Below, piece by piece: positions 63,274-64,000 of a DNA stretch of 64,000 nucleotides. How positions within the stretch are numbered: position 1 is the stretch's first letter; each line of letters starts with the position of its first letter. The DNA is taken from positions 219,172,001 to 219,236,000 of the forward strand of contig NC_086097.1 in NCBI RefSeq assembly GCF_963921235.1, written 5' to 3'. The notes beneath the pieces were generated by a model, which was not told the origin of the DNA, ran no database searches, and saw only the letters and a program-made list of their open reading frames with translations. The stretch is from Mobula hypostoma. Its lineage: Eukaryota. Position numbers and translations under genes: made by a program.

Positions 63274-64000
63274 ATTCCTTCTTCAAAGAGTGGGCTTTCC
63301 TTTCCTCCACTATTGATGCCGCCCTCACCTGCATCTCCTCTATATCCCGAACATCCATCTTCACTCCGTTTTCCCTGGTCGTAATGAGGGTGGAGTTCCT
63401 CTTATCTAACCACCCCATGAGCCCCTGCACCCAGCACGTCATTCTCCACAACTTCTGCCACCTTCAGAGCCCACCACCAGGCACGTCTTTACCTACCCCC
63501 GTACTCTCCATTTTCCACAGGTATTGCTCCCTCCATGATTCTCTTGTCCATTCATCTCTCCCAACTAATCACCTTTCTGGCGCTTATCCCTGTGAGTGGA
63601 AAAAGTGCTACACTTCCCCATTCACCCACATTCAGGGCCCCAAATGGTCCTTCCAGGTGAGGAAATACTTAACCTGTGAAGCTGTTGGGGTTGTATACCA
63701 TTTCAAGTGCTCTCGATGCAGCCTCCTTTGTATTGGTGAAACCCAACTTATTGTAGATTGGGGGTCTGCTTTGTCGAGCACCTTTGCTCTATCCACATGA
63801 CAATTTTGAGTTGGTGGAATGATCCATATTCAAAGACTCGGCAGCCAGCCCAGATAAGTATGTTACCACTGTCAGCAAGTGAGCAGTAAACAGCATACTA
63901 AAGAGTTCAATCCAGATGTTCTCAAACAGGAAACCATGGATGTACCAGGACACCCACTCTTTACTGAATTGCAGCATTCAAATCAAACGTCCCTGACCTA

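Larger units (their letters stand above)
60630..63800 (+). mobile_element. Penelope-like element remnant (RT plus GIY-YIG) split by two insertions
   Basis: GVAMGT..GPDYACLF..YVEQSMF before 61005, resumes at 62048; ICSQDEAF before the LTR, FFKEWAFLS after it; TCEAVGVVYHFKCSRCSLLCIGET. Confidence 0.85.

Overview
Eukaryotic, repeat-dense vertebrate DNA. The TE repertoire (CR1, Rex1/Babar, Penelope, HERO, V-/Deu-SINEs, L1, hAT, Tc1, Tigger, LTR) suggests a cartilaginous fish; this is inference. The window holds the 3' part of an unidentified + strand protein-coding gene as four phase-compatible exons (2324-2444, 12518-12996, 30577-30670, terminal exon from 56050) whose introns are filled with nested transposons. 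Almost all listed ORFs are TE fragments or noise. Main observations: (1) the 3' UTR of a HERO-type RLE retrotransposon contains all three stems and the core of a hammerhead ribozyme in a scrambled, non-circularly permuted strand order (24238-24303); (2) a 3-kb non-autonomous Gypsy-type LTR element appears to keep a Tf1/sushi-type self-priming PBS (51756-54778); (3) a solo LTR carries an antisense copy of the HERO 3' tail; (4) Penelope-type minimal hammerheads occur in TSD-flanked palindromes; (5) a candidate recursive splice site lies at 15617/15618. Boundaries of old TE fragments are approximate and family names come from motif recognition, not database searches.
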